From NCBI GenBank assembly GCA_050273025.1, contig CP158635.1, forward strand, positions 12,896,001-12,960,000: DNA of 64,000 bases, read 5' to 3'. The stretch is from Cenococcum geophilum. Lineage: Eukaryota. This document shows positions 39,705-51,700 of this stretch, piece after piece. Position 1 is the stretch's first letter; each line of letters starts with the position of its first letter. The position numbers and the translations under genes were made by a program. The notes beneath the pieces are model-generated. The model searched no databases. It was given only the letters and a program-made list of their open reading frames with translations, and was not told the origin of the DNA.

Positions 39705-40456
39705 CTAACACTTCCCGCAATTCAGACAAACGCGAGCAAGCTTCATTACAGCACTTTCCAGTCCTCGCTTGCAGTCAAATGACCATACTGCCTCGATGTT
39801 GCCATGAAGGTCCTCGACACCGTTACCATCGCCACCCCTTCTAACAGGTACTGTGACACTGACCCTTCCCACTGTTTTCTCAACCCTTCCTCCATCATCG
39901 CCGTCCATTGTACAGATACCAAGTATATCGGCAAGCCCATTGTCAGTAAGGAAGCCCCCCACTTGCCTGGCAAAGTCCTCAGGTACTTCTTCGGTATCGT
40001 ACATCTCATCGCCGTTAATATTGAAGCCATATTCATATGCTTGGAGCTCGCCCTCGAGAAATCTCCAAGAACGCGGTACGGTAACACCCCCAAAGACATT
40101 ACCATTGGCTGGGACTTGCCAAGGTGTAGATACGTTGCCGTATTCAACTACTCGCTCACCAGGGTCGATCTTGAAGTGGTTATGCAAGAGTGCCAACCCA
40201 AGCCGAAGTTGGACGCCATGTTCCTCGAAAATAGTCCTGCGTGATAGGATTAGCAATGATGCAGTATATCATAGAGACCAGCCTCCCTTGCGATTGCAGT
40301 GGGTACATACTTTAGTTCAGCAAGATCGCTTCTCTCCCCCATCGAGGCCAACTGCATTGAGAGCCGGGTATTCGACTCGTGCAAACTCGGCAATTCGTTG
40401 AAGATTGAGGTTCTGTCGATCATTGTGCGCACATTCATGACTTTTGAGCACGCCAT
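39705..40456 (-). CDS. Hypothetical protein, ~225 aa, two coding exons (40456-40311, 40236-39705), C-terminal CxxCxxC
   Basis: GC-balanced, RIP-free; intron 40237-40310 with GTATGT donor, GCTAAT branch site and GCAG acceptor joins ...LAELK|TIFEEHGV in frame. Motifs FNELPSL, LLHNHF, PW, PRSW, YEY resemble an uncharacterised fungal family (recollection only, not searched). Confidence 0.85.
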
Positions 40457-41138
40457 ACCTGACCTGCAATTAGCTTGCATCCAAGTGAATAAGAAAGCGT
40501 GAAGACCCACCTATTTTGAGGCAGGTTCTGCTTTAAGCTGTCTAGTGGCGTACGATGAGGGTGCCAAGTCGGAAATTGATGGATTCCCGGTGGTATTTAT
40601 ATTCGGCGCCTCCGGTGTACAAGGTGGCAGGCTCTCAGATAAGACACGTTGCTGCCTTGCAGGGCTGCCAAACGCATCGGTGAATGATCACCCAACACCG
40701 CTCAGCATCCACCCTGTCTATTACATCCGCTCATCGAGGCTTGCACTGGCGAGCCAACCGGGCACAAAGTCCCTCCGTATTTCTATGCCTCTGGGCGCTC
40801 AAAACATGCCTAGAGAGGTGGGGGGGCGCAGGTCCTGAGTGGCTCCACGTTGAGCCAGCTGCAGTCAGGTTCCTAACCTAGCAAGAAATGGGTTGTCGAG
40901 GTGGTGAGTTGAATCTCGTGATTGTGCGTGCTGCAATACCCAATAGCAAGAATGAGCACTTTAGCGTTATATGATAAACCCCCCGACTCATCGGGGCCGG
41001 CTCGACGGGTGGGAACCCTTCACCGAGCGGAATACTCAGCGAATAAAGTGCAACACTCATATTGCTCAGACAACTCCACTAGTCCGTTTCCGTCTGCCTC
41101 TAAGCTCCTTAGAAGCTTCGCAAATCCACGCTCAATAA
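40457..41138. promoter_or_regulatory. Divergent promoter region; TATA box for the - strand gene and probable 5' UTR intron
   Basis: Minus-strand TATAAATA at ~40594-40601; GTGGGT donor at 40510 with GCTAAT..CAG near 40460-40475; several CGG/CCG pairs. Confidence 0.55.
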
Positions 41139-43498
41139 ATGGACCGCACGATGAACGACGATGATGAGTGGTTCACCGCTTTTTGGGGAGAGTCAATAGA
41201 AAGTTTTCCTACGAGTCCTGAGAGAGATACCGCTCGAATCGCGTCTGGAGGTAATTGGTCTGAAGAGAGCGATGAGAGCTTCGAGGAGATATCAATCCCT
41301 AATAGGAGTCGTGTCCCCATATGGGATGCTGGGTACGGACCTTCTGATTCTAAGATCAACTGCAGAAATACTGGAACAGAAATGTTCAGCGTAGAAGTTC
41401 CCCCAGCGGGGCGGATTACTTCGCAGTTAGTCCTCTTGGCCTTGTCACTGCACATATTCTGAGCGAGGTTTTCCGCACTGTTAGCGCAGACTACTGATTG
41501 AGAGCAGTTATGGTATTATACGCCACACCTCCGAAGGTTCTCCGCGAAGAACCCGCCAGCCAGCCGAGAATACCGAGCATCAGAAGGCGGCCACTCTCCA
41601 ACCATTCGCGGATTTGCAAAGCGTGTGGAATCCTTTAGCCACAGAAGTAGCTGTGCAGCCAAAGATACCTACAGATCCTAAATCCATAATTACCGAGGAA
41701 CGCAAGTTCTTAGAAAGCATGAAAGCGCAAATCGAGAAGCGACTTCGTGCATTAGACCAGCTTCAAACAGGAAGAGCTACAGAAGGACGAACACATGTTC
41801 CCGGAATTACAATCGGTCGTAAAGGCGAGGAAGCTGAACGTGCGAGAACGTATACTGTAAGGAGCTTTGCTAAACAAGTGTTGTTCTAAGAGTCCGCTAA
41901 TAACGAAACTGCTGCAAATGAAGTCGAATATTCAAAATCGAGACTATCACTCTGTCAAACGCACGAGTCCTGTAGCGATTCAGCATCAAGGATCTCCAAG
42001 CTTAAAAGCAATCAAGAATCCTAAGCAAAACGTGGAAGGAAAACGACTCAGCCGGAGGGGAGGACGGCCAGGCGGAGACACATGCATCCGATGCAAACAT
42101 CAGAAATTGAAGGTCTGTATTTGCTTTAATATCGTGAAGGTACAACTTGATGATGTGCTATAGTGCAAAGGAAGAGCTCCTTGCGAAGGGTGCCGGAAGC
42201 TCAAGTTATGGGCACCGATTTGCGTGCCTGCCGGCTTCGCGAGTGATAGGGTCTATATACGTGGTAGGACTGTTTTCGGGTTCAAAATCCCCCTTGGGAT
42301 GTATATTGATATTCTGCAGGGCTGTACAAAGCTCGTATGAGTAATTTAATTTCCAATGTTGCAAATTGGATCCCTATGAATCCGTTCGTTGCACCTCCGA
42401 CCATCACAGTTTCAAACGGCTTCCCTGTGACATTATCTCTTGAAGTACAAGAATACACACCACACAATACGAGCGCCCTAATACATGTCATATGGCGTGG
42501 CATGGAAGCTGGAACAATTCCGCCTCAGGTTCAAAGCAGTCCATTTGGACTCAATCCAAGGAGATATGATGTGAGAATTATCGATTCCTACCTGGACGAA
42601 ATGGTGCCACATCTTATAGAGAGTGTTGCCAAAGAGAGCCCTCAACTGATTAGAGTGATCCTGCTACGGGCATACAGTCAGAGTCAAAGGGATGATTGGA
42701 TAGAAGGAGCGGCAGGTGTAAGTACAGCTTGTGTTTCTTAAAAGATGACATATCATTCTGACCCAATTGTCCAGAACCTGCTCATCAAAGTGTCCTTGCG
42801 GCTTTGGGCGGCGCAAACCATATTCTTCAAGTCGCATTGGAGGATTGACTCTGGCGCTGAAGTTGTACAAATGGCACCCCTTGATATCCCTGGCTATTGG
42901 AATGGCGTGACACTCTTACCTCGCCTTATCAACCAGCAATTGGACGCTCTCTTCGAGCAGCGGATGGCTGATCTGGAAAAGGAAATCCTGTACCATCTGC
43001 AAGTAGCGATGCATAAAAATCGCCGTGACTTGTGGTTCTCCATCTTCCTTAGCACTTTCCTAGTGCTCCATAGTTTGGAAAAGGATTCCTGGAATCTCCA
43101 CGCTTGGATGTCGGAAGTGCGCCGCGATGGCGGAGCAAGTTGGCCATTGGAAACCAAGCCAGAGGTGTATAATGACCAAAATACTCATCTTGCGCATCTT
43201 TTGTGTGCACACTATAAGTCCATTTGCAAAGGTAGTACGCCGCTCACTCTCGATTGGACGCGCCCAAGCACCAAAAAAATAGTACACAATGACGAACTCA
43301 CTGCTCAGTTCTTGCAAGGGATCAGCGAACTGATCAACAAACAAGGTTTTTGATTACCGCTTTCAAGGGTTTCTATGTTGATTGCTAATGACTTCAGAAG
43401 AACTCCAACGACTGAAAGCGCAGGGGGATGCACGCTTCACACGAGAGGACAACAGCAGCTTAGATCTGCTCTTTACGTCGAAGCTACTTATAGACTGA
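41139..43498 (+). CDS. Zn(II)2Cys6 fungal transcription factor, multi-exon (~650 aa)
   Basis: Spliced cluster CIRCKHQKLK|CKGRAPCEGCRKLKLWAPIC (C-X2-C-X6-C-X5-C-X2-C-X9-C). In-frame introns: 41426-41507 (alt. acceptor 41489), 41857-41923 (acceptor uncertain), 42113-42163, 42264-42319, 42718-42774, 43346-43397. Stop TGA at 43496-98; start 41139 or 41151. Confidence 0.9.
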
Positions 43499-43969
43499 CT
43501 AAAGATTAGCAGTCATGGAAAGCCCCACACGTATGCTCATGATGAAGCGGGGTCATGGGTTAACTTATTTCAGTGTATGCACCACCCCAATATCCCCAAG
43601 CTCTACGACTGAGATTCACGTTGCGGATTACCTTTGCCTTTCAGCCTCATGCACACTGCTGAGATTTTGCTCCCTAATGCTTCTTTCATTACAAAGTACG
43701 AAGAACACCATGAAGCTTTTCCAAAGGTTTCCAACGATTTCCAAATGTTCAACTTAGCGAAAAACATCTTCCCTCCTTTGACGAAAGGGCTGCAGGACGC
43801 CAGTGGCGCGGTAGAGAATTGCCCTGCAGCGGTTGTTGTTTCTGTCAATTTTGCGCATGTCAATTTAGTAGCGTGGCTCTGATGTCACTCACCGTGCTAA
43901 GTAAAGTCCAAGCATCGCAGGTAGCAGCTATTGTCGCGAAATACAAGTTGAGAACGGTAAAGAGATGGC

Positions 43970-44042
43970 CAGGCTTAGGTTTTTAATCCATAATCAATAT
44001 TGATTAGTGATGATTGAATATTGAATATTGAAGCTTTTCGCG
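43970..44042. mobile_element. Probable terminal fragment of a DNA transposon (hAT-like)
   Basis: Starts CAGGCTTAGG at the sharp edge of the gene island; subterminal caatattg/gaatattg repeats; partner end not visible. Confidence 0.4.
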
Positions 44043-44356
44043 CAGACTTGCTATTAAGCAAGCAAGCCAAGCCGGAAAGCCTTAGCTTGCTGGCCCGCTT
44101 GGCTTCATAGGCAAAATAGTTGGCTTGCTTAGCTTGCTTAAATTCTTATTTAATTTTATATATAAAATTAAGCCTAAGCCACTAAATTAGCTAAAAAGCT
44201 CCTCTGTAGCCCTAATCTACAGTTATTATATTATAAGATTATATAAGGATAATATAATAAGGAAGTTCATATCGTATAGTAGTAAGGAAGGCTTTAGTAG
44301 AAAGGCTCTAGTAGAGAGGAAGATTCTACTAGCAACTCTAACGGTTAGCTACTAGT

Positions 44357-44549
44357 TGTGACGGCTCGAACCATCGAACAAATGTCTCAACAGAGACTTG
44401 AACGAATGCTTGCAAGATCAAGCGAACGAATGCTGTATTACGAAGATATTAAGCTAAGGAGCAAGAGAAGGTGGTGAGGCCACGTCTATATACACATGCC
44501 AAGTCTTAAGCGAACCCCTGACTAGGTGACGCGCTCCAGCGCCGTCACA
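44357..44549 (-). repeat. Solo LTR (193 bp), little RIP
   Basis: TGTGACGGC...GCCGTCACA termini; TSD ctagt at 44352-56 and 44550-54. Orientation inferred as opposite to 44701-44912. Confidence 0.92.
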
Positions 44550-44700
44550 CTAGTTATCCTAATTATAGTAAACTTATTACCTTATCTACTAGATTTTTAA
44601 AGCCTATTCTTAAATAGCTACAATTATACTATAAGGTAGTGATAATATTAGGGTAAAGCTTTAAGTAATATAGCTTTAGTAAATTATTAGCTTTACTAAA

Positions 44701-44912
44701 TGTAACGGCGCTATCGCACATTACCTGCCAAATTCTGCCATATTCTGCCGACCCGCGATTGGCTCGCCTGGAGCTAGCGCCTTGGCGACTCACCCTATAT
44801 ATTTGTTTACATCGGTCCTGGCGACCCCTTTTTCCCTTCTCCTTAGCTTAGTATCTTCGTAATACAGCATTCTACAAGTTTCGGTTCAGAGGCATTTATA
44901 CAAGCCGTAACA
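44701..44912 (+). repeat. Solo LTR (212 bp), little RIP
   Basis: TGTAACGGC...GCCGTAACA termini; TSD ctaaa at 44696-700 and 44913-17; TATA-like tatatattt followed by a pyrimidine tract. Confidence 0.92.
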
Positions 44913-45065
44913 CTAAACGCCTATTTATAGTTATTACTTATAGCTAATATAGCTAATATATTAACTCTTGCTACTAGTAAAGTATAAGGTTGTTTGCTAG
45001 TAGGTAATTATTTAGTAGTAGTAATAAAGTCTTTTAAGCTTTATATTTATTTAATATATTAATAA

Positions 45066-45720
45066 GGTGACCACTATTCATACACCCCCTACCTTATTTG
45101 GTTTGGACGCTTCCTCATTAAGTTAGAACATCACGTGCGTTTGACTTGTTTGCGCCTGCATCGCGAAAATCAAAGTGCGCGCCATGTAAGTTCCACGACC
45201 ACGACACCACGATTAAGTCTTAATTTTAGTTATAGTACAAGCAGTAGAGTCTAAATTGGATTTGGAACGCGCCAAAGAAGCGATTAATTAGATTACGTAG
45301 TGCTTTATAAGGCGTCGCGCGAACTAATTTAGATGCCTCCGCGCCCGCGCCCGCGCCTGCGCCCGCGCCCGGTAGGAGTCTGGCTAGTATTTCGCTCAAA
45401 TACTAAGGGCTCTCTACAAGTAAATTTGTTGACGCGATTGGAAATTATAGAGCTAGTTATAGAGCCAATTGACTAACTATGGCGACGCTCTAAAATTGCA
45501 GGCTCTTGGATGCGAAGTTGAAGTGTCAATTTAGATGGGCGCGCACTTTGATTTTCGCGATGCAGGCGCAAACAAGTCAAACGCACGTGATATTCTAACT
45601 TAATAAGGAAGCGTCCAAACTAAATAAGGAAGCATCTAAACCAAATAAGGTAGAGGGTGTATGCGTATTAATTGGGGGGTGTACATGTATCATTTAGGGG
45701 GTGTATAAATAGTGGTCACC
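45066..45720. mobile_element. Non-autonomous TIR element, probably Mutator-like (655 bp)
   Basis: GGTGACCACTATTCATACACCCC...GGGTGTATAAATAGTGGTCACC; ~118-bp left TIR; 8-bp TSD attaataa at 45058-65 and 45721-28; central (GCGCCC)n. Confidence 0.88.
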
Positions 45721-48700
45721 ATTAATAAAGCTCTAAGCTATTAGTATAAATATAATTACCTCTAGCTAATAACGCGTATATATATCTTAGTAGTAAATAA
45801 GCTAATAGAATATTTAAGGAAAAACTTAGTTGCTCTATATATTAAAGCTAAAGCCGTTTAATGTATTACCTTTAATTAGCTACTCCAGGTAATTTACCTA
45901 TATATTTTAGTAGAAGACCTTATAATAAAGATATAGTAGAACAGCTATATAGTAGACAGGCGTATTATTAAGCTTTTTAAAATACTTCTATAGCTTTAGC
46001 TAGCCGTAATTAAAGTTACTTATATAGCAATCCTTAATTATATCTTAATCTAGGCAATTATTTAAAGTTACGTTAATTATGCAATCCTTTCTCTTTTTAA
46101 AAAGCTTAAGTAGCTAATTAAGTATAGAAATAACCTACCTTTAGCTTTAAGTATCTTTATAAAATCTTAAACTAGTAATAAAATCTTAATATAGTTATTA
46201 ATAATACTCTAGTTGTAATTATTTAAGGTACCTACTACTATAATAGGCAGTAGTAGAGGAACCTTCTGTTATTTAGTATATAAAGGAGCTGTTTCCTTAT
46301 ATTTATTTATTATATATTATATAATTAAGTTAATTAGGCCGTGGAGGATAACGGCTTATAAAAAGGTATTATAATAACTATTCTACCTAGTCTTAACTAG
46401 CTTTACTACTTCTAGTATTTTAAAATTATAGCCTAGTAAGGCCTCTTACTTAGCCTTTTAGTAGAATTTAAATAGTTAATAAAGCTGCGGTATATTTGTT
46501 ACGGAACTTGGCAGAACTTAGATGGTAGAACTTAGTAGAACTTCGCACCGGCTATAACAGGACTAGCCCAGTTACAGTAGGAATGTCTCGGTAAAACACT
46601 CGACAGATAAATTCCGACGCTTTGACTAAATTCTGCCAGATTAATTGAATTTTACCAAAGTCCGTTAAAGACCGCGTGCGTATATATGCACGCATCGACC
46701 ACCAAGCCCTTAACTATTTAATTATACGATTCTCTTATTATTCCCTTTCTCTTCTTTACGCAACGTCTTGTTCTTAGCAAGAGCTATATACCCTTAAATT
46801 TAGATAGAATTTATATTATTCCTTTAAATCTTCTCTAAAGTCTTTTCGCGCCCTTATATTACGTTACGTTAATACTAATACCCTTAAAATGGCAAACGAA
46901 CTCAAATCCGCTACGATAACTATTATAACCCTAGTTAGGGAATAAATGACTATAATACAATAGTCCTTTATAGATGCCTTAGCCTAGTAATAAACTATAC
47001 TAAAAGCTTAGCATTAATAATCGATTAAAGCAATATATAAAGAACTCTATAACGCTAAAGTACTCGCGTTAGAGACCCTAATAGCAACACCTATAAATAA
47101 AATTAAAATAACTATATATAAACCTAACCCATTAAATATAAACCCTAAACCAGTAATAGCAGTTTAACCTATACCTATAATAAACCTAGTACCTACTATA
47201 TAATCCAAAAAGCTCCCTAACCCTCTAATATTTAATAGAAATTAAAATAACCTATATCCCTTTATAACTAAGCTCCGTCTTAAACTTTTAATAAACTATA
47301 ACTAATACCCTACTAAAGCTAGTAAGATTAGCTATAGAATATCTTATTTAAGTAAAAACGCTACACAAACTATAGACCTATTCTTCTATAACGGCACCTT
47401 CGTTAATTTTAAAATCTTTATCTTTTTACTAAAACGAATATATAATAACGCTAGCCGCGAACATATAGCTGTTACTAAACTTAAAAACCTATAATAACGG
47501 AACCGAGACTTTACTAGCTTCTTTTCGGAATTTTTAGGCCTTATTAGTAAACTAGATTGGAATAAAGCCGCTAGAGTTACTGCCCTCCATTAAGCTATTT
47601 TAGATAAAATTAGAGTATAGTTAGTAGGTAGAGAACTGCGAAAGAACTTACCTAAATTTGCTATAATATATTAACGAATTAATAAGGACCTTTAATATAA
47701 TAAATAGACTTATTCCCTAAAGCCAACTATACCTTGCGTTTAAAACTTTATAAAATTAGTATATACCTTAAAGCGCGATCCGTCTCCAAAACCTAAAAGC
47801 CCTATATATAACCCTATAAACCTTAATGCTACCTAATTTTATATACCCTTAGGAACTAATAAATAAAGAACATACGCCGCAAATAGAGAATATTTTAGAT
47901 ATAGAAAAAGGGATATATTTAAAGGGATTGCCGAACTTACCCTTTTAAAAAGGTTCGCCGTAGCTCCTCTTAGTTCTTAAGTTATACTTATTTTATAAAT
48001 TATACTTATTCTATAAATTATACTTAGTTGCTATAAAGTATCTTACCTTTAGTTAATTTGGAAAATAAATTATCCTAAGGCTAAGTTGCGCCTTAGGATA
48101 AGAAGTGGAAGAGTATAAGTATCTAGGCTCTTCTAGCGTTAATATATAATATAACTCCCTTAATATACTTAGCGAAATTTAAATACTTAGAAAATAGAAG
48201 AAAGTATAAATCCTTATAAATAGCGGAGCTACTAGTATAGGCTTTATTAATATAAACTACGCAAAAACTTAATGCTTAAATTTAAGGAAACTTAATAAGC
48301 CCTAAGGCCTATAAGGCTTTAATAGTAAGCCTTTAATATACGGCGAACTAACGTACTACGCTCTTATAAAGATGCGGATAGGCGAATACCTTAAATATAT
48401 TTCCCTATTTATAACACCCTTAAAGCATTATAAGGTAATACTTGGATATAAATAGCTAAAATAACACAACCCTTTAATTAGCTAGGTTAAAGAAACACTA
48501 AAATTCCGTATAACCTACTACTAAAGTTATTGCTTAAAATACCACTTACCCTATAAACATGCATATAACTATTTAAATTTAATATAATATAAATTACCCT
48601 TACTATAAACCCTAAACCAATATAATAAAGTTATAACTGCCGATCGCGGTAAAGAATGTAAAGATAATATATTAAAACCCCTTAAAATTTATATAATATA

Positions 48701-48762
48701 AGCCGCACCCTTTTATTTGTTAGTAGGAAAATAAGACTATAAGATCTTTACTATAACACTAG

Positions 48763-51700
48763 TGTAACGGAACCTTGTAGCAAGTACTACGGTAGGTCCG
48801 TTACACAATTACTACCTAGTTACGGTTTCAATAAGTCAAACAACATGCTACCAAAAGCAGCCACCACGACGCCATTAACGGCGGCAACTACTTCGAGATT
48901 AGGTAACAACACTAGTATAGCAGACACTAACTTACAACAACCTGTGACAGTAGGACAGTTACAAGAGATAGTTAACTAGTTGACGGAAAATAATGTAATA
49001 CTTAAAAATAGGATTAACGGGATAGGTGTAGTAAAGATTAAGCTACTATCAATCGAGAGATTTTTAGGGGAAAGATTAAAATTTAAAGGATTCCTTACGC
49101 AAATGCATTTTAAGGTTTTATAGGAAGGAGCTAAGCTACTAACACCTATGGATTAAGTGGCGTACGCAGGATTGTTCTTATTAGGAAGAGCACTTAAATA
49201 GTTTAAGCCTTACCTTATAGAGATATAAGTAAATAGAATAACGACTATAAACTAAGAAGTACGGTTTATGTTCTTAAGCTGGAGCGGATTCGCGGAGCGA
49301 CTTATATAAATGTTTAGAGATCTAGAGGCAACAACCACAGCGGAAAGAAAACTTTAAGATATTACGCAACGAACCTTAGCAATTAAGTACACAACGCAGT
49401 TCCAGACGCTAGCTATATAGGTTAAGTGAAATAATAAGGCGCTTATAGCACAGTATAAATAGGGACTTAAGGCTAAAGTCTAGGATAGAATTATCCTAAT
49501 GGAAGATACGGGCACCCTAAGGGAACTAATAGATTAAGCAATAAAGATTAATAATAAGATCTACTAAAGGGAACAGACCAAGAAGGGTTAGGATAGAGTT
49601 TTATAGTCGTATAAGGCGTAGAGTACGCAACGACCAAAGCTAAGTTAGAAAATATGGTATGGCGCAGAGCTAATAGACCTAAGTAGTACTAAAGAAACCT
49701 ATAAGAGATGGAGTAAAAAACTATAGAAACCTGGAGGTTAAGGATTAAGTAATTATAGGACTAAGGAGCATAGGCTAAATTAGGGATCTTAATAGTAGAA
49801 GACGTTTAGGCGGACTCTATAGCAAAGCTAATAGTTTAGAGACTGAGCTTATATAAATTGCGGAAAATAAGGTCATTTCGCTAGGGATTGTAAAGACGGT
49901 TAGAGTTACTATGTAATAAAGGGAACCAGACTAGTAGACAACACATACGTATAGAGGGACGATAGTGTACTGCGAGGAACAAAAGAGTGTTTAATTAGAA
50001 GTTTTGCGTTCTATTATAATAACGCATGCTAAACTTATAAGGACGCTAAGTATAGCGTAAGCTATTGGCTATAAGAGCTAGAGTTAACGAAGTATAGAGG
50101 CATTAACGAACTATCTTGTAGATTAGACATTAAAGACGATGAATTCAATATAGGCGAAGCATTTAGTAACAATAAGGCAATAAGAGTAGCTTACTAGGAG
50201 CGTGCAAACCTCGGAGAAGTTATATTAGAAGTAGAGACTGAGACCGCTACAGAGCAAGGTTTAGTAACGGGTATTATAACACCGCTAGATACGATATCCA
50301 TTACTTTATAAGATGGAAGGAGTAATATCTAAAGACGATTAAGTAAGTAGACGACTGCTAGTGCTAGCTCACTACTTAATAAAGGCAAAAGGCTAAAGGC
50401 TTAAGATTTATAAGACGAGATAAAAAACGACTAAGATTCTTAAAATAAGATAAGGTATGCTTAGGGACCTATAACGGACGATAACCGATAGAGTAGAGCA
50501 ACGGCTTAGTTTAGTAATATATAAATGAGCTTAGGACGAAGTTTCCTAAAGGCATAAGATTCTTAAAGCGAGATGAGTGAGATTTAAGACTCTTAAAATA
50601 AAATAAGAACACTAATAAAGCCTAGTTAAATTAAGGCTAGAGTATAGCTTAAGAAAGAAGCAAGCTTAGGATTAAAGAATCTAAGAGACTAAGAATTTGA
50701 AGTATAAATAAGGAAACCTATAAGCAAGAGGTAAGAGGCTTCGCTACAGATTAGAGAATCTATAGTATAAATAGCGGTTAGACTAGGAGATAGATATATA
50801 GACCTAGGAGACTTACCGGGTAAACGAGGCGTTTAGCCTAAAGATTAAAAATTTGATACCGAGATTAGGAAGTAAGAAGACTTTAAGGATCTACTTATAA
50901 GACGTAAAAAGAAAGAAACTATAGAGGAATTTAGAGCAAGAATTACCTTATAGCAAGAATAGAAACTAGATAAGAGATCTAGCATATTAGGTTATATAAG
51001 GGACAGAGCACCTATATAAAGAATTACTAATAGACCTAGAATAGGCATACTAAGAGCTAAGTGGCTTATTAAACTAGAATAAGAAGAGGATCTAGGGATT
51101 CTAACTAGGTTTAAAGAACAATATATAAAGGGCTGTCACAACGCAGTAATAAAAAGATACTTTCTTACGGATAGACCGTATATACTTAAGGAGCTGTACT
51201 AAAAGTGGTATAGGCAACGATATAATAATAAGTGGGAAGATTTCTATATGTGGCTAAATAAATAAGTTATCTAAGACCACCCAATTATAATAAAGGCTAT
51301 AACTTATATTAAAGGAGTCTTAATTATAATATTAAAGGATTTAAAGGAGCAATTAGAGAACTAAAAAAGCGAAAGGCAAATCTTAGTACCTGCAAATGAA
51401 GTCGCAACGCTTAAGTTGGAACGATAGAGGTTTAAACTTAAGGATAAAGACAAGCTAAGAGTTAACCCAAGATACCAAGCACACCACATATTGGCGTGGA
51501 TCGTATATGTAGATAATACGTATAATATATATAGAGCACCCAAAGATAAGAACTAGAAGTACCTAATAAGGATATATTAGGCACCGGATAAGGCAAAGTA
51601 TAGAAATACTAAGTATATATATAGTTAGCACCCCGTAGGAGTTCAAGAACAAGGGGACTTAATACTTTAACTAGGAAGATTCCTTACAGAAGAATGCCTA

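Larger units (their letters stand above)
44043..46496 (-). mobile_element. hAT DNA transposon 3' part, RIP-inactivated, with three small insertions
   Basis: After removing the solo LTR, minus-strand de-RIP reading gives ILAIPAMSDDCERAFS..DLL..RR.KL.PDII (hAT C-terminal dimerisation motif, ~44640-44970); CAGACTTGC terminus with (caag) subterminal repeats. Confidence 0.75.

Noticed and set aside
39746..40502. Overlapping ORFs of 67-182 aa on both strands
   Set aside because: Shadows of the spliced minus-strand gene, which has canonical splice signals and a TATA box.
40545..41164. Small ORFs in the intergenic region
   Set aside because: Mostly non-ATG starts, no recognisable motifs; better explained as the divergent promoter/UTRs.
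42282..43344. Minus-strand ORFs within the TF gene
   Set aside because: Antisense shadows of the Zn2Cys6 gene exons.
43515..43882. 80-86 aa ORFs downstream of the TF as genes
   Set aside because: Mutually overlapping, two start at TTG, no motif support.
39386..44100. Gene island as cargo of one composite transposon or Starship
   Set aside because: The left end is Tc1-like and the right hAT-like, both belonging to elements extending away from the genes; no shared TSD and no tyrosine-recombinase gene seen.
51361..51543. 60-aa minus-strand ORF with LSLSLS
   Set aside because: Antisense to the Gypsy gag (KDKDK) frame.
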